In this document: positions 9,165-18,029 of the stretch, in pieces | How positions within the stretch are numbered: the stretch's first letter is position 1 | Layout: every line of letters begins with the position of its first letter | Made by a program: the position numbers and the translations under genes | NCBI GenBank assembly: GCA_944389895.1 | Contig: CALXOA010000062.1 | Span: 7,073 to 71,072 of the forward strand | Length of the DNA stretch: 64,000 bases | Direction: 5' to 3' | Source of the DNA: an uncultured Victivallis sp. | GTDB taxonomy: Bacteria; Verrucomicrobiota; Lentisphaeria; Victivallales; Victivallaceae | The notes under the pieces: model-generated | The model's input: the letters and a program-made list of their open reading frames with translations, nothing else | Told to the model about the DNA's origin: nothing | The model's database searches: none

Positions 9165-10600
9165 CTGGCGTTTCTCCGGGCGTCGAGCCATTTCCGGCTG
9201 AGGGCCTCCGCGTCCGCCTGCAGGCCGGCCGTCACCATGCTCTGCAACAGAAAACGCTCTCCCTCCGGCATCGGAACGTGACGTCGCCGGGCACGTTCGA
9301 GATAGGCCGCCGCCTGGTCGAAGCGACCGCAGTCAACGAGCAACCGTACGGTTGCGGCCCGTTCCGATTCCGGCAGCCGTGGTTCCGGAGGAGTCAGAAA
9401 CGTGAATACTCCTGCACCCAGTAACAGGATCACGGCCGCGGCAAGGGCCGGGCGTCGATGTTCGAAGCGAAATCGGAACAGGCTGCGGATTCCTGCTCCG
9501 GCCAGCAGGACCAGCAGCGGCACCGCCGGAATCCGGAACCGGTAATAAATGTCGCAGAAAACAATCGAGGCGAAATAGCCGGCGACCAGCAATCCGGCCA
9601 GCAAGACGAAGCCGTTGCGCCGGAACCCTCCCAGGCCGATCCAGGCCAGCGCCATCAGAAAAGGCATCGGCAATGCCAGCACCTTCAGAACCGGAATCAA
9701 CTCCCGGTGTGCATAGATCGACAGGCTGTTCGGTATTTCAAAAGGAGAGACCATATCGTAAACATGGGCGGGGATTCCGACCAGAATTTGCCGGAGACCG
9801 GTTGTCAAAGGTGCTTCCAGCGCAGCTTCTCCCTGAAAAAAACGAAAGACATTGGTCCCGTTCCCCGGGACGATTGCCGGAATCCCGCACCGGATGTAGT
9901 GATAGATCAGAATCGGTCCCACCGTGACGGCAACTCCGGCGGCGAAGAGCGCCGCGGAACGCCAGCGCAGGCGCGCTCTGATCGCGGGCAACAGCAAAAA
10001 CAGCAGCGGCAACGGAATCACGGCAATGAAGTTTTCCCGTCCAAGCATGCAGGCTCCGCCCAGCACTCCGGCGAGCAGCCAGAGGGAAGGGCGTTGTGAT
10101 TGCCAGGAGACGACGACAAGGTGGAAAAATGTCAGGAAGAGCAGTGCGAGCGGCGCCGCCCGCAGAAATTCCACTGAAATCAGAAGTGCGCTCCCGCAGA
10201 AGAGGTAGAGAACCGCCGCGAGTTCCGCGGCGCTGCGGCCGATTCCGATTCTGCGCCCCGTCCGGTAGATGAGAACGGGAATCAGGGCGCAGAGCGCCCC
10301 CTGCAGGAACCGCATCCAGACCAGATTGCCGGCCGTCACCCCGGCCAGTAATCCGAGCCAGAGCGTGTAAAGCGGAGAATAGAGATAGTTTCCGGGCACC
10401 GGCAGCTCTCCATGCCGGAGTCCCAGTCCGGCATTCAGCATGGTGTACTGGTCCATCCCCGGCCACGGGGTTCCCAGCAGGCCCACGGTGCGGGCGGAGT
10501 GGAGGATCCAGAGTGCCAGCAGCAGCCCGGCAAGATAGATGCACAGGGAGAAGTGTCGATGGATGAAAACCGAGATTGTTTCCATGCCGGATTTTTTCAT
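9161..10600 (-). CDS. Multi-pass membrane protein resembling ArnT/PMT-type (GT39/GT83-like) glycosyltransferases, with a TPR-like C-terminal tail
   Basis: About 11 predicted TM helices with a large hydrophobic N-terminal body, and a soluble helical-repeat tail (..DCGRFDQAAAYLERARR..). Start uncertain: ATG at 10600 or GTG at 10627. Confidence 0.45.
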   Translation of the reverse strand: MKKSGMETISVFIHRHFSLCIYLAGLLLALWILHSARTVGLLGTPWPGMDQYTMLNAGLGLRHGELPVPGNYLYSPLYTLWLGLLAGVTAGNLVWMRFLQGALCALIPVLIYRTGRRIGIGRSAAELAAVLYLFCGSALLISVEFLRAAPLALLFLTFFHLVVVSWQSQRPSLWLLAGVLGGACMLGRENFIAVIPLPLLFLLLPAIRARLRWRSAALFAAGVAVTVGPILIYHYIRCGIPAIVPGNGTNVFRFFQGEAALEAPLTTGLRQILVGIPAHVYDMVSPFEIPNSLSIYAHRELIPVLKVLALPMPFLMALAWIGLGGFRRNGFVLLAGLLVAGYFASIVFCDIYYRFRIPAVPLLVLLAGAGIRSLFRFRFEHRRPALAAAVILLLGAGVFTFLTPPEPRLPESERAATVRLLVDCGRFDQAAAYLERARRRHVPMPEGERFLLQSMVTAGLQADAEALSRKWLDARRNAR

Positions 10601-10748
10601 CGATTCCAACCACCCTTTCGTTTTCACCGGACAGTTTTTTCGCGGATTAATCTAACCGGTTCGAGAAAATTATCAATACAAAAACAGTTGACTTTTTTGA
10701 AAAAGATGGTTAATTTATATATTGACACAGGAAGAAAGCGTGGACAAC

Positions 10749-11963
10749 ATGGATCAAGTCATCTATCTGGATAACAATGCCACCACCCGGGTCGATCCCG
10801 AGGTATTCGCGGCAATGGAACCTTTTTTTTGCGAGCGTTACGGCAATCCGTCGAGTATTCATCGTTTCGGCGGCAGTGTCGCTGCCGAGATCGAGCAGGC
10901 ACGCTGCCGGGTCGCCGAACTTCTCGGCGCGAATTTCCGTGACAAGGATGGCGTCGCCGCGGAAATCATCTTCACCAGCTGCGGTACCGAAGGGGACAAT
11001 GCCGCTCTGAATGCGGCAATCGCGGTCAATCCGGATCGCCGGAAGGTGATCACCTCTGCCGTGGAGCATCCCGGCATTCTGAGTTACTGCAGGGAACTTT
11101 CCCGGCGCGGCTACGAAACCGTTCTGATCGATGTGGACGGGCGCGGGCGGCTTGATATGGACCGGCTCGCCGCCGAGATTGATGAAAATACCGCGGTCGT
11201 TTCCCTGATGTGGGCGAATAACGAGACGGGTACCATCTTCCCGGTCTGCGAGGCGGCGGAACTGGCTCACGCGAAAGGGGCGCTGTTTCACACCGACGCG
11301 GTCCAGGCGGCCGGCAAGGTGCCGATCAACGTCGATGACTCGATGATAGACTTTCTGTCGATTGCCGGGCACAAGCTCCACGCGCCCAAAGGGGTCGGGG
11401 CGTTGTATGTCCGGCGCGGCACCCGGTTTCGACCGTTGATTTTCGGCGGGCATCAGGAGCGTTCGCGCCGTGGCGGGACCGAGAACGTCACATCGGTGAT
11501 CGGGCTCGGCAAGGCGTGCGAGATGGCGCTGGCCAATCTGCCGCTGGAACGGGCGAAGCTCGCACGGTTGCGCGACCGCCTCGAAAAGGGGATTCTGGAG
11601 CGGGTTCCCGACGTTCGTGTGAACGGCGATATCGAAAATCGTCTGCCGAACACCTCCTCGATCAGCTTTGAATACATTGAAGGGGAATCAATTCTGATGT
11701 TGCTCGACCGGGAAAACATCTGTGCTTCGAGCGGTTCGGCCTGTACCACGGGCAGTCTGGAGCCGTCGCACGTGCTGCGGGCGATGGGGTTGCCCTATAC
11801 GGCGGCGCACGGCACGATTCGTTTCAGTCTTTCGAAATACAACACCGAGACGGAAATCGACCGGGTGATCGAGGTGATTCCCCCGATCATCGGGCAGCTC
11901 CGGGCCATCTCTCCCTACTGGAATGAGCGTCGCCGCGCCGTGGGAGAGGAGAGGAACGCATGA
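10749..11963 (+). CDS. nifS: Cysteine desulfurase (NifS/IscS type)
   Basis: IYLDNNATTRVDP.., SGHKLHAPKGVGALYVR (PLP Lys) and SSGSACTTGSLEPSHVLRAMG (catalytic Cys). About 404 aa from the ATG at 10749. Confidence 0.88.
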   Translation: MDQVIYLDNNATTRVDPEVFAAMEPFFCERYGNPSSIHRFGGSVAAEIEQARCRVAELLGANFRDKDGVAAEIIFTSCGTEGDNAALNAAIAVNPDRRKVITSAVEHPGILSYCRELSRRGYETVLIDVDGRGRLDMDRLAAEIDENTAVVSLMWANNETGTIFPVCEAAELAHAKGALFHTDAVQAAGKVPINVDDSMIDFLSIAGHKLHAPKGVGALYVRRGTRFRPLIFGGHQERSRRGGTENVTSVIGLGKACEMALANLPLERAKLARLRDRLEKGILERVPDVRVNGDIENRLPNTSSISFEYIEGESILMLLDRENICASSGSACTTGSLEPSHVLRAMGLPYTAAHGTIRFSLSKYNTETEIDRVIEVIPPIIGQLRAISPYWNERRRAVGEERNA

Positions 11964-12223
11964 AGCAATCACAAGAGATCAGATTCCCGGTCGACTGGGA
12001 GTTCCGCATCATCGTCGAGGCGGAGAAGGCGGAGGCGGCAAAGCCGCGGATCGTCGACTGCCTTGAGCGGCGCGAGATCGTGCCCGCGATCCATGAGGGG
12101 CTCGGTTCCTCCGGGGGGCGTTATACCTCTTTCAAAGTTCCGGTGTTGCTGACGGGGCGCGAGATGATGAATCGCCTGGCTGCGGAACTCGCGGCGATTG
12201 ACGGGGTGAAGTTTGTCCTGTAG
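11960..12223 (+). CDS. DUF493 / YbeD-like small protein
   Basis: 87 aa. FPVDWEFRIIV..., the ..Y.SFKV.V.. pattern and the C-terminal ..VKFVL resemble YbeD. ATGA overlap with the nifS stop. Confidence 0.6.
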   Translation: MKQSQEIRFPVDWEFRIIVEAEKAEAAKPRIVDCLERREIVPAIHEGLGSSGGRYTSFKVPVLLTGREMMNRLAAELAAIDGVKFVL

Positions 12224-12292
12224 GTTTTCGGGGAAAGTTCGGTTTTTCTCAAAAAAAAGTGAATTATTTGACGGAACTCCGCATTGGCGCAT

Positions 12293-12321
12293 TTGACAAT
12301 GCATTTTTGTGGTGCTACAGT
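12293..12321 (+). promoter_or_regulatory. Sigma70-type promoter for the coiled-coil/micro-protein operon
   Basis: TTGACA (12293-12298), 17-nt spacer, TACAGT (12316-12321), inside an AT-rich island 85 nt upstream of the ATG at 12407. Confidence 0.55.
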
Positions 12322-12406
12322 TTAAGCGTCACGGTCATGATTACGGATTTTTGTTTTTTTTAATTTAACGTTTGCAGAATCAAAACAATTCAGTTGGAGA
12401 GCCCCG

Positions 12407-13612
12407 ATGAAAGTTGTCAATGTCGTATTGAGCATTCTGATCCTTCTGCTCGCGATTACCAGCGCTGTATTTTCCTATTTTCTCTTTGCCAAGCGCGGTC
12501 AGATGGTCGACGGGTGGAGCAAGATGGCGACTGCGATCAACCAGACTGCGACCGAGCTGGATCGCAACAGCGGCACCAAGCTTGCCGCGGAACTGACGCC
12601 GGCCGCGCTGGGGCATGATCAATATGATGCGCTCGACGGCAAACTCGCGAAACTCACCGCGCAGACCAAGCAGCTGGTGATCGAGCGGGACGCGCTTGCC
12701 GATGCGTTGCGTCGGATCGGTTCGACGGTCGAGATGAAGAATCTCGGTTCGGAGGCTGCTTTCCGGAGCCTCGACACCTATTCGACCAACAAGGATGATG
12801 TGATCAACGGTGTGCGTGATGCGATCAACCGGCGGAACTCCTCGCTCCGCAATCTTGTCGAGCTGGCGCGTCAGAACCTCAAGGTTTCGCTTGATGAGAA
12901 GGCGCTTCAGAGCGGCGACCGTGCGGCGATGGAGAAGCTTTCCGGTGCGCTCCAGGCGATTGCGAAACGGCGCGACAACTATGAATCCGGGCTCCGGAAC
13001 ATTGCCGGGCAGACCGGTACCACCGGGCTGGACTTCGCCGAGGATAAGTACAGTGCTTCGACCGGGAAGGCGGTCAGCTCAGTCAAGGCGTTGAAGGATC
13101 GTTACAACGATACCAACAGCAAGCTGACCAAGGCGCAGAACGACATCAAGAATCTCGAAAGCACCATCGCGAACCGCAACAACGAGATCAGCAATCTCAA
13201 GAAGACCGTTGCCGGTCGTGACAACCAGCTCAACGAGTTGAAGCGGGCGTTGAACATCGACACGACTCAGAATCTGCCGACTCCCTGGAAGCCGGGTTCG
13301 GAAGAGGCGCGGCGTGCGTTGCTCGGCAAGGTGCTCGAGGTCAATACTCACTACGGTTACATCTGCATCGACCTCGGCAAGGATACCATGGTCTATCAGC
13401 AGATCGGCAACAAAACTGAAAAGGTGGATCCGAAGGTCGCTCCGGGGCTTGAGCTGGTGGTTGCCCGCGGCAATCTCGACGGAGAGCAGTCCGACTTTGT
13501 TGCCCGGGTCAAGCTTGAGAAGGTTGACAACTCCAGTTCGATTGCCAACATTCCTCCGGAATCACTGCCCATTCAGGTGGGTGACATCGTCTACTACGAA
13601 GCGGCGAAGTAA
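12407..13612 (+). CDS. Membrane-anchored coiled-coil protein with a C-terminal beta-rich domain (function unknown)
   Basis: N-terminal TM helix VVNVVLSILILLLAITSAVFSYFLF, about 270 aa of heptad-like polar sequence (..NDIKNLESTIANRNNEISNLKKTVAGRDNQLNELKRAL..), then GKVLEVNTHYGYICIDLGKD...VGDIVYY. No family recognised. Confidence 0.7.
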   Translation: MKVVNVVLSILILLLAITSAVFSYFLFAKRGQMVDGWSKMATAINQTATELDRNSGTKLAAELTPAALGHDQYDALDGKLAKLTAQTKQLVIERDALADALRRIGSTVEMKNLGSEAAFRSLDTYSTNKDDVINGVRDAINRRNSSLRNLVELARQNLKVSLDEKALQSGDRAAMEKLSGALQAIAKRRDNYESGLRNIAGQTGTTGLDFAEDKYSASTGKAVSSVKALKDRYNDTNSKLTKAQNDIKNLESTIANRNNEISNLKKTVAGRDNQLNELKRALNIDTTQNLPTPWKPGSEEARRALLGKVLEVNTHYGYICIDLGKDTMVYQQIGNKTEKVDPKVAPGLELVVARGNLDGEQSDFVARVKLEKVDNSSSIANIPPESLPIQVGDIVYYEAAK

Positions 13613-13636
13613 GCTGAAACGCAAGGAGTCTTTCAA

Positions 13637-13765
13637 GTGTTCAACTCCAGGTTTTTCACGGTGATGATTTTTCTGACCTTTGTGGTCGTCGTTGCTGCAG
13701 TCGTCTTTCAGGCGATCGAGATGCAGGAGTATAATCTCTTTCAGACCATGTTCGGTTCGAAATGA
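13637..13765 (+). CDS. Unannotated 42-aa single-pass membrane micro-protein
   Basis: GTG at 13637, 8 nt after AAGGAG (13623-13628). Translation: (M)FNSRFFTVMIFLTFVVVVAAVVFQAIEMQEYNLFQTMFGSK. Below the 60-aa cut-off of the ORF track. Its stop overlaps the next ATG (ATGA). Confidence 0.55.
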   Translation: MFNSRFFTVMIFLTFVVVVAAVVFQAIEMQEYNLFQTMFGSK

Positions 13766-13929
13766 CCAGAATCATCCCTTCTCGTCCGACCGTTGCCGCC
13801 GCTCTTTTTGCGGCGGCCTTTTTCTTTCTCTCCGGATGTACCGAGGCGGAGCGGCGCGGTTACAGTTCCATTCCGCACAACACTCCCGCCCAGTGGGAGT
13901 ATGCTCCCTACGGTGGGATTCACAACTAG
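13762..13929 (+). CDS. Unannotated 55-aa lipoprotein
   Basis: MTRIIPSRPTVAAALFAAAFFFLSGCTEAERRGYSSIPHNTPAQWEYAPYGGIHN, with a canonical lipobox L-S-G-C after a signal-peptide h-region. ATGA-coupled to the preceding micro-ORF. Confidence 0.6.
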   Translation: MTRIIPSRPTVAAALFAAAFFFLSGCTEAERRGYSSIPHNTPAQWEYAPYGGIHN

Positions 13930-14174
13930 AACTTTCCTTGTGTCCGTGTTTTTCTTTTCCGGGCTGATCGGTTGCAACGGGCAGCGGGGTTTCCCTGTCT
14001 TTTTTTCCAGAAGATGAACCGGAACTTTCTCCCGCTCTGAAGCTTGCAACGTTTTGGGGATGAATTTTCCCTTCCCGGATGAGAACGGGGATAAAAAATG
14101 GTTGTTTTTCTGTTTTTGTGAGTTGAAATCAAACAATCTCGCTGTACCTTTAGTGATTGTCAAAAAAATCGGTT

Positions 14175-14200
14175 GTCCGCCTCTGCGGCGGACCGTTTTT
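14175..14200 (+). terminator. Terminator-like hairpin inside the ODC leader (possible attenuator)
   Basis: GTCCGCC / GGCGGAC 7-bp stem with a 5-nt loop, followed by CGTTTTT. It lies 99 nt upstream of the ODC ATG and 246 nt downstream of the previous stop. Confidence 0.45.
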
Positions 14201-14298
14201 CGCAGGATCCGGGAATCCGCACCGCGCACGGGCAAGGCTGCAAGGCTCCGGGAGAGAGAATTACAGGAACGTTCAAGTTACGAAAGGTCAGGAGAAGC

Positions 14299-15465
14299 AT
14301 GCGGATAGACGTTCTGGATTACTACACCAAGGAAGACTGGCTCGCGATGAAGCAGGAGGCGAATCGCCATCCAACGCCGTTTCTGGTAGTCAATCTCGAC
14401 ATCGTGCGAAAGAAATATGAGGAGTTGAGGCTTCACTTCCCCTTTGCGAAGATTTACTATGCGGTCAAGGCGAATCCCGCCGTGGAAGTGCTTGCTCTGC
14501 TTCGGGATCTCGGGGCGTGCTTCGACATCGCCTCCCGCTATGAGCTTGATCGTGTCCTGTCGCTCGGCATTGAGCCGGAACGCATCAGTTTCGGTAACAC
14601 GATCAAGAAGGCCTCCGACATCCGTTATTTTTATGAAAAGGGGGTTCGGCTCTTTGCCACCGACAGCGAGGCGGATCTGCGCAATATCGCCAAAGAGGCT
14701 CCCGGGGTCAGGGTATTCTGCCGCATTCTGACCGAGGGCAGCGAGACGGCCGACTGGCCGTTGTCGCGCAAGTTCGGCTGCCACCCGGATATGGCGATCG
14801 ATCTGGTGATGCTGGCCCGGGAGCTCGGGCTGAGTCCCTGTGGAATCAGTTTCCACGTCGGTTCCCAGCAGCGTGACATCGGTGCCTGGGACTCGGCGAT
14901 TGCCAAGGTTCGTTACATCTTCGACTACCTCGAAGGGGAGGGGGTCAAACTCAGCTTGATCAACATGGGGGGCGGATTCCCGGCCAATTACATCTCCAAA
15001 ACCAATGAGATGAACGTCTATTCGGAGGAGATCTCCCGTTATCTCGAGGAGGACTTCGGTGACGATTTCCCGGAGATTATTCTGGAGCCCGGGCGCTCAC
15101 TGGTCGGGGAGAGCGGCATTCTGGTCAGCGAAGTGGTGTTGATCAGCCAGAAGTCCAGCATGGGTGTCGACAAGTGGCTTTACCTCGATACCGGCAAATT
15201 CAACGGCCTGATCGAAACCTGGGATGAAAGCATCAAATACCCGCTCTATTGCGAGGCCCGCGGCGAGCCGTCGGAGGACTTCATCATCGCCGGCCCGACC
15301 TGCGACAGCCAGGATGTGATGTACGAGTATTTCCGCAATCCGGTTCCGGCCTACATCAAGCCTGGTGACCGGGTTTACTGGCTTACGACAGGCGCGTATA
15401 CCTCGAGCTACTGCTCGGTGGAATTTAACGGTTTCCCACCGTTGCCGGTCTACTTCGTCGGTTAG
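14299..15465 (+). CDS. Group IV (eukaryote-type) PLP decarboxylase, ornithine/lysine decarboxylase
   Basis: PLP-lysine motif YAVKANP, GGGFP, the ..EPGR.. motif and CDS-type C-terminal beta-barrel motifs of the Orn/DAP/Arg decarboxylase family 2. ATG at 14299 is preceded by AGGTCAGGAGAAG. The ORF-track start at 14173 runs through the hairpin. Confidence 0.85.
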   Translation: MRIDVLDYYTKEDWLAMKQEANRHPTPFLVVNLDIVRKKYEELRLHFPFAKIYYAVKANPAVEVLALLRDLGACFDIASRYELDRVLSLGIEPERISFGNTIKKASDIRYFYEKGVRLFATDSEADLRNIAKEAPGVRVFCRILTEGSETADWPLSRKFGCHPDMAIDLVMLARELGLSPCGISFHVGSQQRDIGAWDSAIAKVRYIFDYLEGEGVKLSLINMGGGFPANYISKTNEMNVYSEEISRYLEEDFGDDFPEIILEPGRSLVGESGILVSEVVLISQKSSMGVDKWLYLDTGKFNGLIETWDESIKYPLYCEARGEPSEDFIIAGPTCDSQDVMYEYFRNPVPAYIKPGDRVYWLTTGAYTSSYCSVEFNGFPPLPVYFVG

Positions 15466-15497
15466 GGAGTCCTTTCACGCGCGGGGGAGGAGTGGGA

Positions 15498-18029
15498 TCA
15501 ACGGCAGGAAAGAAGCAGAATCTGGCGCTGAGCCGCGAAAGTTTCCAGTGCCTCGAGTGCTGCACGGCGGCGGTTGCCGTCAAAGTTGACGAAGAGATCG
15601 TCCAGTACGATTGGCAGTGGCTCATGCTCCTCTTCACAGCATGCGATCAATGCCAGCCGCATGGCGGTCATCAGTTCCTCCAGTGTTCCACGTGAAAGTT
15701 CTGCCGGGCGTTTTTCGCATTGATGAAGCGAGTCTGTGAGCAGGAGTTCCCCGGTCGCCAGCGACTTGTGAATGCGTGAGTAGCGGCCGCAGGTGAAGGC
15801 TTGAAAAAGGGTCGTTGCGCGCCGGATCACTTCCGGTTGCCGCTCCCTCTCATACCGGGTGACCGCGCGGTTGAGGAGATGATGGGCACCGGAGAGAATC
15901 AGGTATTCCCGGGCGGTCGTACGCAGTTCTCCACGAACTCCTTCGATCCGGTTGGCCAGCACAGCCGGATCTCCGGCCGCGAGCAACCGTTGCATTTCCG
16001 CTTCGGCCGCGCCGGCCGCGGCGGTTTCGGCAGCGGTCTGCTCTTCCAGTTCTTGCAGACGGGCGGCGAGTTCCTGTCGCCGGAGTGCCCCCTCCGCCGG
16101 GGAATATGCGCGTAACTCCTGCTCTGGAATCATTCCCTCAAATAACAATCGCAGCGCCTCACGGTCGGCAGACAGGTCGCGTTCAAGCTCCTGCGCGGCG
16201 TCCCGTCTCTTTTCCAGCTCGTGGAAGGCAGACTCCGTTTCAACTCCGAATTGTCCGAGAAAATTCTGCAGCGCCTTCTCCGCAGCCTGCCGGTCGGCGA
16301 CGGCTGCTGCAAGCTCGGACCCCAACGCGCTCCGCTGTTCTGCCAGCAGTTTCCGACGGGCGGCGGCCGCTTTCTGGTGTTCCAGTTCGTTCCGGAGGTG
16401 TACCAGACCACCTTCCGGCTCTCCCGAGGCTCCGGGCAGGGCGGCATAGTCCGTAGCGAACCTTTTCAGAAAGATTTCACAATCGGAGCTGACCCGGCGA
16501 TGTTCGCTTATTTCACGTCGCAGCCGCAGAAGTTCCCCGAGCTCTTCCAGCAGATCCGGCAACTCGGCGGAGGGAATACCCCGGACGAGGCCGAACGACG
16601 CGGCGAGACGGTCGCATTCCGCTTCCAGACCTGCGAGTTTCTCCCTCACCATTTTTTCCTTCCGGCGTCCGGCCCATGCGGCAGTGAGTACACCACAGAG
16701 CAGGAGAGTTCCCGTCACCGCGAAAGCTCCGCGCAGGATGCCGGAAATGAAAGGAAGTGCGAGGAACAGAAGCAATGCTCCCGGCAATAGAACTGCGATT
16801 GCTCTTCTGCAGCGGGAGGTCGACCGGCCTTCCCGACCGCTTCCGGCGGCCAGTTGTTCACGCATCCGCTCGAGCTCTCCGATCCGGTCGAAATCGCTGC
16901 GCGACGGCTCCCGAAGCGCTTCCGGTGCGGCGATTTTTCCGGCCAGGTGTTTTTCCAGTTCGGAACACCTTCCCGCCGCGAGATGGGAAAGTTCCGTATG
17001 CCGGAGCTGTTTTTCCTGATTCCGGTGAAGATTTTCCAACTGCTGTTCCAGACGCAGAATGTCCGGTTCGGCAGCCAGCAGTTTCCCGTTTTCCCGGGGA
17101 AGTTCCGCCTCCTGCTGTTTCAGAATGTCATGCCTTTCCAATCGGATTGCCAGTCGGTCGGTGGCACGGGAGAGTTCAGCCTTCAGCCGGGCAAATTCGG
17201 TTGTTGCCCCGGCCGCAAAATCGGGAGGAAGCGCCGGAAGGCGCTCTCGCTCCTCCAGACGGCGCTGCAGGATCTGGAAACGTTCCGCTCCTCCGGCCAG
17301 TTGCTCTTCCCTGCGCAGTTCCGCGGCAGTGCGGACGCCTTCCGCCCGGAGCGAGGCAATGCGTGCTTTTGCATCGACGGCACGTTGTCTGGCCGCTTCA
17401 AAGGCGGGGAGCTGCTGTTCCGCGGCCGAGAAGTTCTGCTGCAGGGCGGTGAGCTCGGTCGCAAGCACGGCGATGCGGTTTTTTTTCCCCCGGGCCTGAA
17501 AGAGTGCCGCCGCCTGCCGGTCAAATGCGGCCCCCAGCTTCGGCAACGACAGATCTCCCTGTGCGAGTCCGGCGCCGTAGAGGCGGGTCCGGATCTCCTC
17601 GTCATTGAGAAATGTGAGCGCATGCAGTTCATCGAGTGTGATCGCATAGACGTTGGTGTAGAAGGTGCGACTGACGTCGAGAAGTTTCTGCAGCTCCGTC
17701 TCGTCTTCCGTGACACTTCCGTCGGCACGGGTCAGTTTGAGGCGGCCGTTCTTCGGGCCGAGGCGTTCGACTTCGATCCTCTTTCCCGTAGAGAGTTCCA
17801 GGGTTATTCGTCCCCCGTAAAGGCCCGAGCCGTCGAGCGCCGGGTAGGGATTGAGGTCACTGTTCCTGCGGACCTGAAATCCCCAGAATATCCTGCGGAT
17901 AAACTCCAGCAGCGTGGTTTTCCCGAACTCGTTCTCACCGATGATCGGGTTTACGCCGAACCCGAGGCCGTCGAGACGGTAGTTGTGAAAGTGACCGAAA
18001 TTTTCGATCTGAAGGGAACGGATGATCAT
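15498..18029 (-). CDS. YhaN-like AAA/SMC-type ATPase (SbcC-like) with an internal TM hairpin
   Basis: Walker A GENEFGKTT, a long coiled-coil, two hydrophobic helices at about aa 410-453 (AIAVLLPGALLLFLALPFISG..AFAVTGTLLLCGVLTAAWAG), signature-like LSRGTLE and Walker B PIVLDDLFVNFD. Confidence 0.75.
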   Translation of the reverse strand: MIIRSLQIENFGHFHNYRLDGLGFGVNPIIGENEFGKTTLLEFIRRIFWGFQVRRNSDLNPYPALDGSGLYGGRITLELSTGKRIEVERLGPKNGRLKLTRADGSVTEDETELQKLLDVSRTFYTNVYAITLDELHALTFLNDEEIRTRLYGAGLAQGDLSLPKLGAAFDRQAAALFQARGKKNRIAVLATELTALQQNFSAAEQQLPAFEAARQRAVDAKARIASLRAEGVRTAAELRREEQLAGGAERFQILQRRLEERERLPALPPDFAAGATTEFARLKAELSRATDRLAIRLERHDILKQQEAELPRENGKLLAAEPDILRLEQQLENLHRNQEKQLRHTELSHLAAGRCSELEKHLAGKIAAPEALREPSRSDFDRIGELERMREQLAAGSGREGRSTSRCRRAIAVLLPGALLLFLALPFISGILRGAFAVTGTLLLCGVLTAAWAGRRKEKMVREKLAGLEAECDRLAASFGLVRGIPSAELPDLLEELGELLRLRREISEHRRVSSDCEIFLKRFATDYAALPGASGEPEGGLVHLRNELEHQKAAAARRKLLAEQRSALGSELAAAVADRQAAEKALQNFLGQFGVETESAFHELEKRRDAAQELERDLSADREALRLLFEGMIPEQELRAYSPAEGALRRQELAARLQELEEQTAAETAAAGAAEAEMQRLLAAGDPAVLANRIEGVRGELRTTAREYLILSGAHHLLNRAVTRYERERQPEVIRRATTLFQAFTCGRYSRIHKSLATGELLLTDSLHQCEKRPAELSRGTLEELMTAMRLALIACCEEEHEPLPIVLDDLFVNFDGNRRRAALEALETFAAQRQILLLSCR

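Noticed and set aside
14054-14308. An 84-codon ORF in the ODC leader, considered as a leader peptide.
   Set aside because: It has no Shine-Dalgarno sequence and an implausible composition. It runs straight through the terminator-like hairpin and overlaps the ODC start out of frame. I kept only the RNA-level attenuator hypothesis.
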